A DNA stretch of 63,961 nucleotides, filler included, from Octopus bimaculoides (taxonomy: Eukaryota), in assembly GCF_001194135.2 (NCBI RefSeq). It is 6 parts of 5 records of this genome, joined end to end, with 100 filler letters (N's around TTAATTAATTAA, not from the genome) between each part and the next. Parts side by side here need not be neighbours in the genome. Positions count along the whole stretch, not along the records: positions 1 to 31,748 come from NC_068991.1; positions 31,849 to 56,620 come from NC_069002.1; 4 more parts are not named here. One strand, given 5' to 3'. Every line of letters starts with the position of its first letter. Within the stretch, counting starts at the first letter, position 1. The notes beneath the pieces are model-generated. The model searched no databases, had not been told where the DNA came from, and saw nothing but the letters and a program-made list of their open reading frames with translations. The translations under genes and the position numbers were made by a program. Positions 26,400 through 40,409 of this stretch are shown piece by piece.

Positions 26400-26990
26400 T
26401 TCTTATAACTCATCATCATTATCAGCATCTGCATCATTATTATCGTCAGCATCGTTATCGTTTTAGGTTTGTTTCTTGTACGAGCACGAGTCGGACCTTT
26501 GCTCTCCTTCGGGTCACTTCTTGTAGTCGCTTGTCATCTTCGTGGGGCTCGGCATCCTGAGGTCGGATTTCATTATTTCTTCCCATGTCTCCTTTGGTCT
26601 TCTTGATCTGTTCTCACGATACTTCTATACCTTTTGACTGTCATATTCCATGCGCATCACATGTCCGCACCAGCGCAGTTTTTTTCTCTTGCACATTACA
26701 TTTGATTCTTCCTGGTTTTTCTCCCAGTTTATTTTTGCTGCGTTGGCCATACAATTAACACACCCACTGGAGCATGTTTTATTTCATTACAACCTATGCA
26801 CAGCCGCAGTATTCAATGCCCATATTTTACTCCAACGATTTTTGCACCTTGCAAACATGCATTATACAACATGCCCTTCATTCGGGGAAACAATCTCCTT
26901 GTATTTACTGAGACGTTTTCTTTGGGGACTTTTTGATCCTAGCTTCACCTGCATTCGGGAATTTCTTCTGTAATTTTTCGACAGATTCAA
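26400..26990 (-). mobile_element. RTE-clade LINE 3' end, degraded
   Basis: Minus-strand translation KLRWCGHVMRMEY ... RRPKETWEEIMKSDL matches the RTE C-terminal LRW.GHV.RM / GRP..TW pattern; (GAT)n-like tail. Confidence 0.75.
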
Positions 26991-27447
26991 CTATGAAAAT
27001 TAGCTAATCCGCATTCAATACTTCCCACGAACAACTAGTCCTAAACACCTCTTTTATAGCCTATAGAATTATAATATAATAGAAGGCGCTGAGAGCGATG
27101 TCCAGAAAGACACATACACGCACGCTAAGATTCATCACTAAGTCTCATTTACCGGTTTTTACAAGGTTATTCATCTAATTTGAGTTTTCTTAGCATACAA
27201 CAATCTATAGAGTGCCGTTACCATGTCAGAAACCTCAGCCTCTCACGCAACAACGAACTAGATCAGCAGTAACAAAGATATGTCATTGTTGTGATCGTGA
27301 ATGGCAACGAAAGGAATCAGATCAGATTCATTGATCGAAGGAGAACCAGTGCGTGTGTCTATATTGGCGAGAATTACTCCCAACCATGATACAACAAATA
27401 TATATACACACTCACACAGTTACAAACGTGGTCGTATGTGTACGTGT

Positions 27448-27521
<74 letters not shown>

Positions 27522-28016
27522 ATGAGAGCAAGTGTATAGCCACACACAAGTATTTTCTATGTAAAATGGAGACGCCATTACCGTGCTTTTCTCTATGTTC
27601 TACAGTTGCTATTCATATTTTTCGCTTTTCTTCAGTACTCCAGCTGGGCCCATTGCTTGTTTTTCCCATTCTCAAGAATGTGAAATTCCTTTTTCTCTTT
27701 GTTTCTTTAGTACTGCGCCTCTTCACCACCCTGGAATCCCACCCGTCCAATACGCCGTTAACATGTTTTAAGCTACGTCTCACTTCGTGTTTTTTCTACA
27801 TACAAGCTGTCACTATAGTTGTATCAACAGTTTTTGTTGTTGTTGTTGCTTCTACTACATTGTTGTAATGCTCTCTGCTTGTTTATGTTGACTTTCACAG
27901 ATTGAAGAATCTATTGTAATTCAAGAATTCATAATTCTGCACTTGAACTGCCAACTGTTTCTGCTCGTTTCGCCATTTATCATTATGTATGTTTATCTAA
28001 CTCTTCAGTCACTATG

Positions 28017-28063
<47 letters not shown>

Positions 28064-29179
28064 NNNNNNNNNNNNNNNNNNNNNNNNNNNNNNNNNNNNN
28101 NNNNNNNNNNNNNNNNNNNNNNNNNNNNNNNNNNNNNNNNNNNNNNNNNNNNNNNNNNNNNNNNNNNNNNNNNNNNNNNNNNNNNNNNNNNNNNNNNNNN
28201 NNNNNNNNNNNNNNNNNNNNNNNNNNNNNNNNNNNNNNNNNNNNNNNNNNNNNNNNNNNNNNNNNNNNNNNNNNNNNNNNNNNNNNNNNNNNNNNNNNNN
28301 NNNNNNNNNNNNNNNNNNNNNNNNNNNNNNNNNNNNNNNNNNNNNNNNNNNNNNNNNNNNNNNNNNNNNNNNNNNNNNNNNNNNNNNNNNNNNNNNNNNN
28401 NNNNNNNNNNNNNNNNNNNNNNNNNNNNNNNNNNNNNNNNNNNNNNNNNNNNNNNNNNNNNNNNNNNNNNNNNNNNNNNNNNNNNNNNNNNNNNNNNNNN
28501 NNNNNNNNNNNNNNNNNNNNNNNNNNNNNNNNNNNNNNNNNNNNNNNNNNNNNNNNNNNNNNNNNNNNNNNNNNNNNNNNNNNNNNNNNNNNNNNNNNNN
28601 NNNNNNNNNNNNNNNNNNNNNNNNNNNNNNNNNNNNNNNNNNNNNNNNNNNNNNNNNNNNNNNNNNNNNNNNNNNNNNNNNNNNNNNNNNNNNNNNNNNN
28701 NNNNNNNNNNNNNNNNNNNNNNNNNNNNNNNNNNNNNNNNNNNNNNNNNNNNNNNNNNNNNNNNNNNNNNNNNNNNNNNNNNNNNNNNNNNNNNNNNNNN
28801 NNNNNNNNNNNNNNNNNNNNNNNNNNNNNNNNNNNNNNNNNNNNNNNNNNNNNNNNNNNNNNNNNNNNNNNNNNNNNNNNNNNNNTATATATATATATAT
28901 ATATATATATTCTTAGAACGAACCAGCCAGACTAGATACATAGACAAACAGACAGTCAGACACATCTGTCTTTCGTGTACCTGCCTTCAGCTGTAGATTT
29001 ACGAAGAGAATGTCACGATTTTTTAGTATGATTGTAGCAGTCAACGCACCATTGAGTCAAGCATGGAACCTTAACCTAAATCTTGATAACATTAAAAAAA
29101 GACAGCTCCCCACCACCTCCTCATTATTAAAAACAATATAAGCATTGAGCACCTGGTCCACATAGACACGCGTATACAC

Positions 29180-29409
29180 TATATTCTTTTATTCTTTTAC
29201 GCGTTTCACTCATTTGACTACGGCGATGCTAGAGCACCGCCTTTAGTTGGTGTACTTATTCTATCGGTCTCTAATGCCGAACTGCTGCCTTACGAGAACG
29301 TAAACACAGCAGCATCGGTTGTCAAGCGATGCTAGGGGCACAAACACAGATACAAACGTACACACACAGAAACAAAAGCACACACACATTTATATATATA
29401 TATATATAT
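29180..29409 (-). mobile_element. SINE family B fragment
   Basis: GAGCACCGCCTTTAG..TATTCTATCGGTCTC..CAGCATCGGTTGTCAAGCGATG. Confidence 0.75.
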
Positions 29410-30267
29410 NNNNNNNNNNNNNNNNNNNNNNNNNNNNNNNNNNNNNNNNNNNNNNNNNNNNNNNNNNNNNNNNNNNNNNNNNNNNNNNNNNNNNNNNNNN
29501 NNNNNNNNNNNNNNNNNNNNNNNNNNNNNNNNNNNNNNNNNNNNNNNNNNNNNNNNNNNNNNNNNNNNNNNNNNNNNNNNNNNNNNNNNNNNNNNNNNNN
29601 NNNNNNNNNNNNNNNNNNNNNNNNNNNNNNNNNNNNNNNNNNNNNNNNNNNNNNNNNNNNNNNNNNNNNNNNNNNNNNNNNNNNNNNNNNNNNNNNNNNN
29701 NNNNNNNNNNNNNNNNNNNNNNNNNNNNNNNNNNNNNNNNNNNNNNNNNNNNNNNNNNNNNNNNNNNNNNNNNNNNNNNNNNNNNNNNNNNNNNNNNNNN
29801 NNNNNNNNNNNNNNNNNNNNNNNNNNNNNNNNNNNNNNNNNNNNNNNNNNNNNNNNNNNNNNNNNNNNNNNNNNNNNNNNNNNNNNNNNNNNNNNNNNNN
29901 NNNNNNNNNNNNNNNNNNNNNNNNNNNNNNNNNNNNNNNNNNNNNNNNNNNNNNNNNNNNNNNNNNNNNNNNNNNNNNNNNNNNNNNNNNNNNNNNNNNN
30001 NNNNNNNNNNNNNNNNNNNNNNNNNNNNNNNNNNNNNNNNNNNNNNNNNNNNNNNNNNNNNNNNNNNNNNNNNNNNNNNNNNNNNNNNNNNNNNNNNNNN
30101 NNNNNNNNNNNNNNNNNNNNNNNNNNNNNNNNNNNNNNNNNNNNNNNNNNNNNNNNNNNNNNNNNNNNNNNNNNNNNNNNNNNNNNNNNNNNNNNNNNNN
30201 NNNNNNNNNNNNNNNNNNNNNNNNNNNNNNNNNNNNNNNNNNNNNNNNNNNNNNNNNNNNNNNNNNN

Positions 30268-30307
<40 letters not shown>

Positions 30308-31709
30308 TCAAGCAGATCGAGCTCTTATGTAGTGGTTCACTCGCTGGTATTATAATGAATATCGTGATAGTGAGGAGAATATTAGAATATTATTGATGAT
30401 TAGAAGGTAGAAGGAAGACGAGGAAAAAGCTAACATAATGAAGGGGATGAGGCAAATGAGTGAGATGTGATTGGTCTTGAATAATGTGCGGCATTTAAAA
30501 TTTCCAATCCTAGTCAGATTAAAGAAGTTGGGTGAAGGAGTTAACAGCCGCTCTGAAAACGTTCATATTGCTGATAATAATTTGATGTTGTATTAACGTT
30601 TAACTCCCATTAATGGCGACCAAGATTAAATAACGAATCGAGACAATACAATGGCCGTCACATACACGTGCAGTCAACACATTGCAGCCGTGTAGTAGTT
30701 TATCATTGGTTTCACTTGAACAGTTTGCACAGGTTGTGTGCATGCGTAAGGCACACAAACACACACAAACATATATTGACAAATGTTCATACGTACGAAT
30801 AAAGGCATCAACATTTCTGCAATACACATGTACGTTTTTTCTACATCAACGTGGGGGAAAATACAAAGACAGACGGAGAAAGGGTGAAAGATATGACCAT
30901 ATGTTGAGTTTTGAAATGTGTAAAATAAATGTTTCCATGAGCAGAACTTCAACGCACCAACACTGGACTATAATATCTTGTGTTCGAGATTACTTTCACA
31001 TTCTATTTTCCACAGGCATACGTTGTTTAATTGATTTAGAATCGTTTACAATAGTAATAGCAACATTTCCACTGTTGAGCACACACTTTCCATCTCGTAA
31101 ACAGTGCACCATTACAGCTTGCGGCCATGTTTGAACATCACTGACAATATTTTACAACATCATATTGATCCATATTTTACACTGATATATATTATTTTAC
31201 AGATCTTTACTAGCCGAACCATTGAGGCAATTGGACAGAAAGAGATACAACATATAAACACCTGTATTCAGACAGGTGTAAACACAAAAATACAGCGAGT
31301 CAAACTTACACACATACTAATTACATAACTCTTACATAAGTACATGGAGTCAGACATTGACATATACATAATATACATAAGCAGCGTTGTGCACGAAATA
31401 GATAATAATAAATGACGAAAAGTGAAAAGTAAAAAAATATGTAAATGAAGCTATCCACTAAAATGCTAAACTAATTTATGACTGTTTTATAAAGCAGCTG
31501 ATTTATACTGTTGATTGGGGAAGACAGCCTAGTGCATATTCCCTGAGGAGTGGTTAACAAACTGTTAAAAGGCACACTCCCGCTTTTTTTACTGCCCATC
31601 AATTGCAAAGAAAGAACATGCTTGCACTCGTGTTTATCGATAATGAGACCATTGTAAGGTTAAAATATATTGCAGCTCTTCTGTTCATAAAATTAATATA
31701 TATATATAC

Positions 31710-31748
<39 letters not shown>

Positions 31749-32483
31749 NNNNNNNNNNNNNNNNNNNNNNNNNNNNNNNNNNNNNNNNNNNNTTAATTAA
31801 TTAANNNNNNNNNNNNNNNNNNNNNNNNNNNNNNNNNNNNNNNNNNNNATACATATATGTGTGTGTGTAGAGGTGGGAATGGTGTACATGTGTGAATGTC
31901 TGTGCAAGTATACACACACACATACATATGTATGTGTGTATGAACACAGACGCACATGCAGACATACAAACATACAAGAATACATACATATATATACATA
32001 TGTATTCTTGTATGTATACACACACACACACACAGACATATATATATATATACATACAAGAATAAATACATGTACACATGTATATATACCTACCTACCTA
32101 CCTACCTACCTACCTACCTACCTACCTACTCACCTACCTACTTACCTACCTACCTACTTATCTACCTACATAATACATGCATACATACATACATACCTAC
32201 TTACCTACGTACATACATACATACATACAACGTTATAAGGCTGAATGTTTTATGCGAATAATTTTAATTATCGGTAAAATGTAAAGAATAATATTTAGAA
32301 AACGAAAATAATTGGATTCTTAACCGCAGCTGTGCATGTGTGTCACTGCAGATGGGGGTGTATATGTGTGTGTGACAGTGTGTATATGTGGGTAGTATAT
32401 GTGTGCGTATACATTTTGGGATGGTGGAGTAGTAGAGTGGTATTCGTACACAAAGACTACAATTCACATTTTCTCCATTGTAG

Positions 32484-32547
32484 GAAGCAGAGAAGGACAA
32501 CCACATTCAACATGTAAACCAAAAAACAATGGATTTGCCTGTAAATT
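32484..32547 (+). other. Candidate internal exon (64 nt)
   Basis: CACATTTTCTCCATTGTAG| ... ATT|GTAAGT; open in two frames (EAEKDNHIQHVNQKTMDLPVN or SREGQPHSTCKPKNNGFACK); no homology. Confidence 0.3.
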
Positions 32548-35203
32548 GTAAGTTGACGACTGGAATATTAAAACTGCAAAACAATTGATTTACAATAATA
32601 ATTTCAGAACTCAGTAGATAGTGTATACATTCATACATATATACATACATACATACATACGTACATATATAAATACATACGTATATACATACATTTACAC
32701 ACATACATATATTCAAGCATGCATACGTGCATACACTCATATATACATAATACACATATATTCATTTATATATATATANNNNNNNNNNNNNNNNNNNNNN
32801 NNNNNNNNNNNNNNNNNNNNNNNNNNNNNNNNNNNNNNNNNNNNNNNNNNNNNNNNNNNNNNNNNNNNNNNNNNNNNNNNNNNNNNNNNNNNNNNNNNNN
32901 NNNNNNNNNNNNNNNNNNNNNNNNNNNNNNNNNNNNNNNNNNNNNNNNNNNNNNNNNNNNNNNNNNNNNNNNNNNNNNNNNNNNNNNNNNNNNNNNNNNN
33001 NNNNNNNNNNNNNNNNNNNNNNNNNNNNNNNNNNNNNNNNNNNNTATATATATATTTATTTATTTATTTATATATATGTATATGTGTGTGTATGTATATA
33101 TATATGCATATATGGATGTATATGTATGTTAATGTCTATATATATGTATATGTGTGTGTACAATGCTTACATGTTTGTATGTTTGTGAATGCAAGTATCT
33201 ATGTGCCCCTTACAAACACACACACACACACACACGCGCGCGCGCACATACACACACAGAAACACCGATTCAAAGTGGTGATGCTGATTTTTTTTATTTT
33301 GCACCAGGGAAGTCTTGATGGAATAGGTTTTTGATTAAGAACATTCAAACTATGAAAACTTTTATCATCCTTTCTGAGTCGGCATAGTTTAACTAGGATT
33401 ACATCGTTGCGTGTATCCTATGGTTGCCAATTATTGCTGACCAGTCACCCACAATCAAACAGAAATATGATTTATGTCATTCCAGCCGTGCCATCCTCTC
33501 CTCTCTTTTGCAGACATAATGCACCTAAAACAATATAATCTAATGCAGTATTTCTTGTTGAAGGATGATAGAGACTTGGTTGCTATTTCTACCAAGTCAA
33601 GAATCCACCTAACTGCTCCTTCGGTGTTTCAAGATTTGTGCGGCAAGTTAAAGATCTTAGGCTACCCGGGAGACCTAAAACATACAATGACGTGAGCACC
33701 ATAGGAACGTGATGAATGCTGGACACTTTTCACTCATCATTTCTTGTGCTGATCACCGTGAGGCAAACTTTGCTGGTTACTATTATCTTGTTGCAAACCA
33801 AGTCATATATTTTGGAGACTTTAGGCTCCAATTGAGGACAAAGACCATCTAATTACATTGATGCCAAAAGCAGAGATATATAAGATGATAATGAAGATTT
33901 TTCAAAGCAAGAAGGGTGGGGTTAGAGACTCCTCGTTCGGCTTGGTGAAACTCATCTCGGTTTTAGCCGCTTGAAGAAGGAGCAGAAAAAAGAGAAGAAA
34001 AAGAACAACAAAACAACGACAACAACAATGATAGCAACAACTGGATGCAGTGTAGAGTTCATGGATTCTAGGTCTGTAAGAACGGGATATGCTCACATCT
34101 TTCTCATGTCCTCCGACTGCTGTAGAATCGTCGCAATAAAATAACAGAGTTGCAAGAAACAACGGACAACATTTAGTGTAGAATGTCAATAATTCTACAT
34201 CATGTAGAAACATCTTCAGGTGGTGCAGCACTACCAGCAGCAATCCCTGCCTTCTTTTACGTTAGATTTAATAGTTCTTCACTTATATATTGTGTATCTC
34301 TACCAATAACATCGATGTAATGAAATAGTCTGTCCTCAATTAACAAAGATATATTCAATATGTCCCGAAATCTCTCCACTGGTCTTCTACTCAGGCTATG
34401 ATATGTTTCCAGCTCTTGTGGGAAGCCGCTACACAACTTTGAATAGATTCATGCCTGTCTAATTAATAAGAATGCACAGCCTAAAAATTCTGTAGAGGAT
34501 ACAGGGAAAAACGTACCCACCCCTCCCACTATCATTGAATGTTATCAGCCATCGTTTTCTACTTGTTTTTTCCTTGTTGATAACCATTCCTTACGTGATT
34601 TTCATATCCTTCTCGAACCGACGGAGTTTTACACGATTCCCTGAATGCAAATTTCTACTGTATCAGGTTACAGCACCAAACCACTTCCTTCTAAATATTT
34701 TGTAGGTCAGCAATCTTTTCTAGTACCACTCTGCCGTCTGTCAATGGAAAATGAAGAACCTTTCTAAAACGCTGGATTGTTTTCTTACTTTCAGCCCTAA
34801 ATATCTGTACATCGCACTCATACAATGCAGAAGAAAGTTCTATTTCCCTTATACGTACGTATGTGTGTGTATGTTTTTATAATTTTATTATGAGGATACA
34901 TTGGAAGCAAAGTAGGACGACAGAATAACTAAGAAGGATAACATAGAGCTTACACTCAGATAAATAACATTGAGAACATCAAGTGTTGTTAGGATACTGT
35001 AGATACGCATGTTCGAAATCTAATTTAAACCGTGGATCCAACTCTAAGGTTGGTCCTTGGTGTAGCGTAGCAATGAAATTAAACACAAATGCCGTTTAAA
35101 ATTTAAAACAGCTCTTTCAGTTGAATTTTATTCATGCATTCATAGAAGATTACATCATAATAATAATCCACCATCATCAAATAATAGTTTTTAAACAGAC
35201 AGG

Positions 35204-35301
35204 ATTTTAAAACAGATGAGATTTCTTATATCAACCCGGACAGATCCAACGCCAGCTGGATTTGTCCAGATTGATGTAAGAAATCTCACCTGTTTTAAAA
35301 T
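35204..35301. other. 98-nt near-perfect inverted repeat (hairpin)
   Basis: 45-bp arms with 5 transition-type differences and an 8-nt loop ACGCCAGC. Confidence 0.85.
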
Positions 35302-35596
35302 TTGAAGATTTCGGAAGATTCCTCCTCCTGTAAAATTCGTCACAGTACGAAGTATGATGTAAATAATACTGTTTTTATTCGCCTTACATTAATGCCTCTA
35401 CAGATATACATCACTCATATTTCGTATATATATATATATTCACACCTGCTTCTGTATATGTATCTATATATAATATACTATGCAAAAATAAATTTTCGGA
35501 ACGCATAGAATAAAACCCGGTTTGTTGAAATATCCATTCCTCATTTCAATGAATCGTCTGAACGATCGGAATACGTTTCCACTCGATATAAGTGCA

Positions 35597-36038
35597 GATG
35601 TATGCGTGTATGTATGTATGTATGTATGTATGTATGTATGTATGTATGTATGTGTGTGTGTGTGTATGTATGTATGTGTGTATGTATGTATGTATGTATG
35701 TATGTATGTATGTATGTATGCATGTATGTATGTATGTATGCATGCATGCATGTATGTATGTATGCGTGTATGTATGAATGAGTGTATGTATGAATGCATG
35801 TATGTATGTATGTATGTATGTATGTATGCATGTATGTATGTATGTATGCAAGCATGTATGCATGTATGTATGTATGTATGTATGTATGCGTGTATGTATG
35901 AATGAGTGTATGTATGAATGTATGTATGTATATCTGTGTGCATGTGTGTGAATGTGTATGTATGTGTATGTACGTATTTATATGTGTGTATGTATGCATG
36001 CATGCTTATGTATGTATAAATATATTTCTATTTCAGTA

Positions 36039-36071
<33 letters not shown>

Positions 36072-36193
36072 ATATCTATATATGTCTATGTATCTATGTA
36101 CGTATCTGTGTATAAATGTATCTGTATGTATTTATGTATGAATATGTATGTATATATGTGCGCGTGTGTGCGTGCGTGTGTGTGTGTGTGCGT

Positions 36194-36229
<36 letters not shown>

Positions 36230-36250
36230 ATGTGTGTGTGTTTGTGTGTA
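35597..36250. repeat. Long compound (TATG)n/(TG)n microsatellite
   Basis: Direct reading. Confidence 0.95.
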
Positions 36251-36513
36251 TGTCCCTAAATGTAAGTGGACATGTATGAGGTTGAAGTATGCCTGTATTT
36301 AAAGATAGAAACCATATCAGAACAGCAACTTTAAAGTACAAAACCGACTTTTGTAGTGTGTTTGTGGCTGGCAGGCCATCGCAGCCGCCAAACTCACAAC
36401 TTCACGTGAATTCAATCATAAATGAAATACTCTCTTTATTCGAGTAGTAAGCTTAATTAGATATATAACAATGCACACTCACAAAGCCACTTAAACACAC
36501 ACACACAAACTTA

Positions 36514-36558
<45 letters not shown>

Positions 36559-36629
36559 TTACACAAACACGCAAACGAATACACGCGTATATGCACACGA
36601 ATACACACAAGTCTATTCATGAAGCAATG

Positions 36630-36990
36630 ATATCTCGTGGAGATGGTGGTTGTGGTGGTAGTGATAGAGGTGATTGTGATGGTGGTGGTGGTGGTGATGG
36701 TGGTGGTGGTGGTGATGGTGATGGTGATAATAATTGTGATGATGATGATGGTAATGTTGGTGGTGTTAGTGTTGATGGCGGTGGTAATGGTGATGGTGAT
36801 GGTAATGGTGGTAAGGTGGTGGTGAATGTGGTTGTGGTAGTAATGGTGGTCGTGATGAAACTGTAGTTGATGGTATTGCCCATGGTGGTAGAGGTGGTAG
36901 AGGTGGTGGTGGTGCTGTTGTTGGTTGTGGTTGTAGAATTGCCATTATTATTTCTTCTTGTGTTAGTTGTGGTGGTCTTTGTGGTGGTGG
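36630..36990. repeat. (GGT)/(GAT)/(GTT) low-complexity tract
   Basis: Direct reading. Confidence 0.9.
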
Positions 36991-37209
36991 TACATGAAAG
37001 TAATAGACGGGGCGCCAGTAGTTTGTTTGTTCATGATGATATTCAAGTGACTAAAAAATTGGTCTTGTTTCAGCCACTTTCTCGTTGGTGTGCACCAACT
37101 CAATCTGATGTGATTCTCTGCGATTCTACATCGTTTCTAATGTGATTAAGACACACACAATAGTAACTTCGTTTGCAATCAGACCTTGGCTCCGTCACAC
37201 CCTCTTCGC

Positions 37210-37368
37210 TCCTTTACTCTTTTACTTGTTTCAATCATTTGACTGCGGCCATGCTGGAGCAACGTATTTTTAGTCGAAGAAATCGACCCCCAGGAATTTT
37301 TCATTCTAAGCTTAGTACTTATTACACAGACACACAAATACATACATACGTACATGCATATGTATGCT

Positions 37369-37412
<44 letters not shown>
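37210..37412 (-). mobile_element. SINE family B fragment
   Basis: CTTTTACTTGTTTCAATCATTTGACTGCGGCCATGCTGGAGCA..AAATCGACCCCAGG. Confidence 0.8.
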
Positions 37413-37417
<5 letters not shown>

Positions 37418-37945
37418 GTAACAGCTTACTGTAGACAAGGCTGCGTGGCGTTCGATTATAAATAGATAAAAAAATACACATTAAGTGCAGGACATCACCG
37501 AGTGGAAAATACGTAAATGTATGAGAAATAAGTACAGGACAAATACCAAAAGAAGATAACTTGCTTGTCAGTTGTCATCTGTTTTACTACTCCTCATTCC
37601 ATGCTTTTAATGAAAAGATACGAAAACTTCATAAGACAGTAGCATCCAGAAATTCTAAAAATATAAAATTTGTCGCGAGTCAGGGCTTCGAAGGTAGAAA
37701 ATGCCAAAAGAGTGGACGTACAAAGTAAACAATTGACGAAGACAAACATTAACGGCTGTCAGGCCAAGACGAATTGTAATGGGCAACGGCTGGGAGAAAT
37801 GTTTAAAGGAAATGGAATAAATAGAAGAGAAGAAAATAGTAGAAGAGAAAAAATGTCGGGAGGTGAGAGAAATAATGTCCAACCTGATGAACGCCTTGTC
37901 CAGAAAAGACAGAGGCGAGAGAAATGGCCTGAGCAACAGGCAGAA

Positions 37946-38051
37946 GAGAAAGGGGACAATAGAGAGGATATGGGAAAGAAATAAAGTGAGTGACGAGAAA
38001 GGGGACAATAGAGAGGATATGGGAAAGAAATAAAGTGAGTGACGAGAAAGG
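37946..38051. repeat. 49-bp tandem duplication
   Basis: GAGAAAGGGGACAATAGAGAGGATATGGGAAAGAAATAAAGTGAGTGAC x2. Confidence 0.9.
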
Positions 38052-38096
38052 AGAAGGAAAGAAAGACAGTAAGGAGTGGGAGAAACGGAAAATTAT

Positions 38097-39860
38097 TATT
38101 ATTATTGTTGTTATTTTGAAAGACTCTCAGGTAGTTCTTAATTACCGGTTATTCTTTACTTTGAAAGCAGGCAATAACAAATCACCACCGGTTTGAAGTA
38201 GTGCCTTCTCCTGTGACTCAAAGAGACGATACTTAGAATGCGAGCTGCACCCAACAATGCTGTCTTCTGGATCACCTGGAGCATGACAGCAGGTCCAATA
38301 TTCTGAATGTATTTCAAAGCCCTTGAAAACTGCTCCTAATACTCAACATTACTTTCCTCATACCTCATAACTTTCCTATCTCGTTCCGCAGTGGCTGGTA
38401 TTTCTCAATCTTTTCTGTTTCCTTACATTTCACCCTCGAATCGCCTGGTATTGCAACATCTATCATCTTTACTTCCTTTTCATCTTCATGGGTGAGCACG
38501 ATATCTGGTCGTCTCGGCTCTATGACTTGGTCGCACTGCATGTTAAAATCTCAGAGTATTTTGTAATGTTCGTTTTCCATTACTCTCTCTGGCTTTCCAT
38601 TACTCTCTCTGGTTTTCCATTACTCTCTCTGGCTTTCCATTACTCTCTCTGGCTTTCCATTACTCTCTCTGGCTTTCCATTACTCTCTCATACCATTGTT
38701 CGTCCCTCTCGAGGTTTGTTTTACCACACAACAACCAGTGGACATATCTGGCCACATTGTCGTGTCTCCTTTTGTATTCGTTTTATGCGAGCTTACAGCA
38801 CTCACTAACAGTATGGCTTATACTTTCTCCCTTCTCAGAGCACATCCTACACTGTGCCGAGTCAGTGCTTTCATCAATGCGATATTTGGAGTAGATTGTT
38901 CTGAGAGCTTGTTCTTGAGCGCTGCAAACTAATGCCTCAGTGGGCCCTTTTAAGTCTCCTTTCTGCAGCCATTGCCAGGTTTTATTCTAATCCATCTCAT
39001 CTTTATTCTTCAAGAACTGACTGTGGATTTTCTTGTCCTGCCAAATTTTCTTCCTTTGCTCTCTCTGGTCTTTCTTAAATTTTACTGGATCTACGGCTTT
39101 ATTCACTTTTAAAGTTCACTGCATTTTCACTGCTTTAATCATTTCATCTTTGCTCCCCTTGACATACCAAGCCAGGCTATTCTCCTCTTCCCTTACACAA
39201 CCTTTACAACACACCAATCCCCGTCCTCCTTCTTTCATACAATATTAACACATCACTCTTGGGGCGTAGTTCCTTATTTATTGTCATTAATTTACGTGTT
39301 CTCTGGTCTATCTCTTGTAATTCATGCTTCTTCCAAGATACTATTCCTGTCCCATCAAAGCAACCGCCCACGTGTTAATTGCTCTGATCTTATAGCGGCC
39401 ATTTAGCTTCGATTGGAGTACAAGCCGAGTTCTCCTCAAATACACTTACCTGTACATTACTTTCATCTTGTGTTCATTCATCTCATCTTTTTCAATGATA
39501 CCCAGGTACTTGTATCCTTCCTGTCCGACTTCCTTTATAGTTTCACCACTTTCCAGCTTGATTCCATCGCTTTTACTGAGTTCCCCCTTTTGTGAATCAT
39601 TGCACCACATTTCTCGATCCCGAATTCCATGCCAATATCTTTGCTAATCACCCGCACAGCTGCCGTCAGACTCTCAATTTCTCTCTCAGTCTTAGCGTTT
39701 AGATTTAGATCATCCATAAACTACAGTTGTTTACTTTCACCCTGCCTAGCATGTACCCTATGCGCACCTTTCTTAAAACGTTCGTTAGTGGCAGTGTGCA
39801 GACAACAAATAGAAGAAGCGACAGACTGTCTCCTTGAAAGATTCCTCTTTTGATATTTAC
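38097..39860 (-). mobile_element. 5'-truncated R4/Dong-type LINE (RT, CCHC knuckle, restriction-like endonuclease), pseudogenised
   Basis: RGIFQGDSLS and MDDL RT motifs, MEFGIEKC, CRMCSEKGESISHTVSEC zinc knuckle, RRPDIV...IDVAIPGDSRV...EKIEKY endonuclease, IQKTALLGAARIL C-terminus, AAT tail; frameshifts and stops. Confidence 0.9.
38575..38689. repeat. 20-bp minisatellite (~5.7 copies) inside the LINE ORF
   Basis: TTCCATTACTCTCTCTGGCT units. Confidence 0.9.
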
Positions 39861-39958
39861 TTCTCCCAGCTTATCTCCTCATGCTATGGGTTCAGTTCGC
39901 TACGCTGTCATTGAGTTTTGTATTAACTTCAGGATATTGTGGGAGACCTTAAGCAGTC

Positions 39959-40001
<43 letters not shown>

Positions 40002-40003
<2 letters not shown>

Positions 40004-40405
40004 TTATTATTACTATAGACGTCGCACTGTATCTAATATCGTGATGTTGTTCATTGAAGATATTGTGTCTACCGGAGGTTTGTACTGTTTGTCAAGTCAC
40101 AACAAGGGCCTCAGACAGACAGTTCTTTACGTAATATACGTGCAGTTCCAAGTAATGACGACTTTTGCAATAGATCTAGATTGTAGGGTATCTCTAAGGT
40201 TTTCAGCTGTTTTTGAGATTGCGTTGTTCTCAACCCAATGCTCCGACGACAATAGGGATAACCTTTATGTTCATCTTACGTAGCTGCACACATCTTAGTG
40301 ATCTCAATTCTCAGGTCTCCATATTTATCAACGTTTTATCTTTCTTTCATGATGGCACTTCTACATCGATTATTAGGCACTCTTGTTTGTCCCTCCTAAA
40401 GGTTA
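40002..40405 (-). mobile_element. R4/Dong-type LINE 3' fragment (second subfamily)
   Basis: ECLIIDVEVP ... IKVIPIVVGALG ... LQKSSLLGTARILRK on the minus strand; short AAT tail. Confidence 0.75.
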
Positions 40406-40409
40406 CTAT

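Noticed and set aside
31793-31804. TTAATTAATTAA islands inside gaps (also 56665, 60392, 61702, 62804)
   Set aside because: Each sits centred in a ~100-bp N block and gives stops in all six frames: an assembly spacer, not biology
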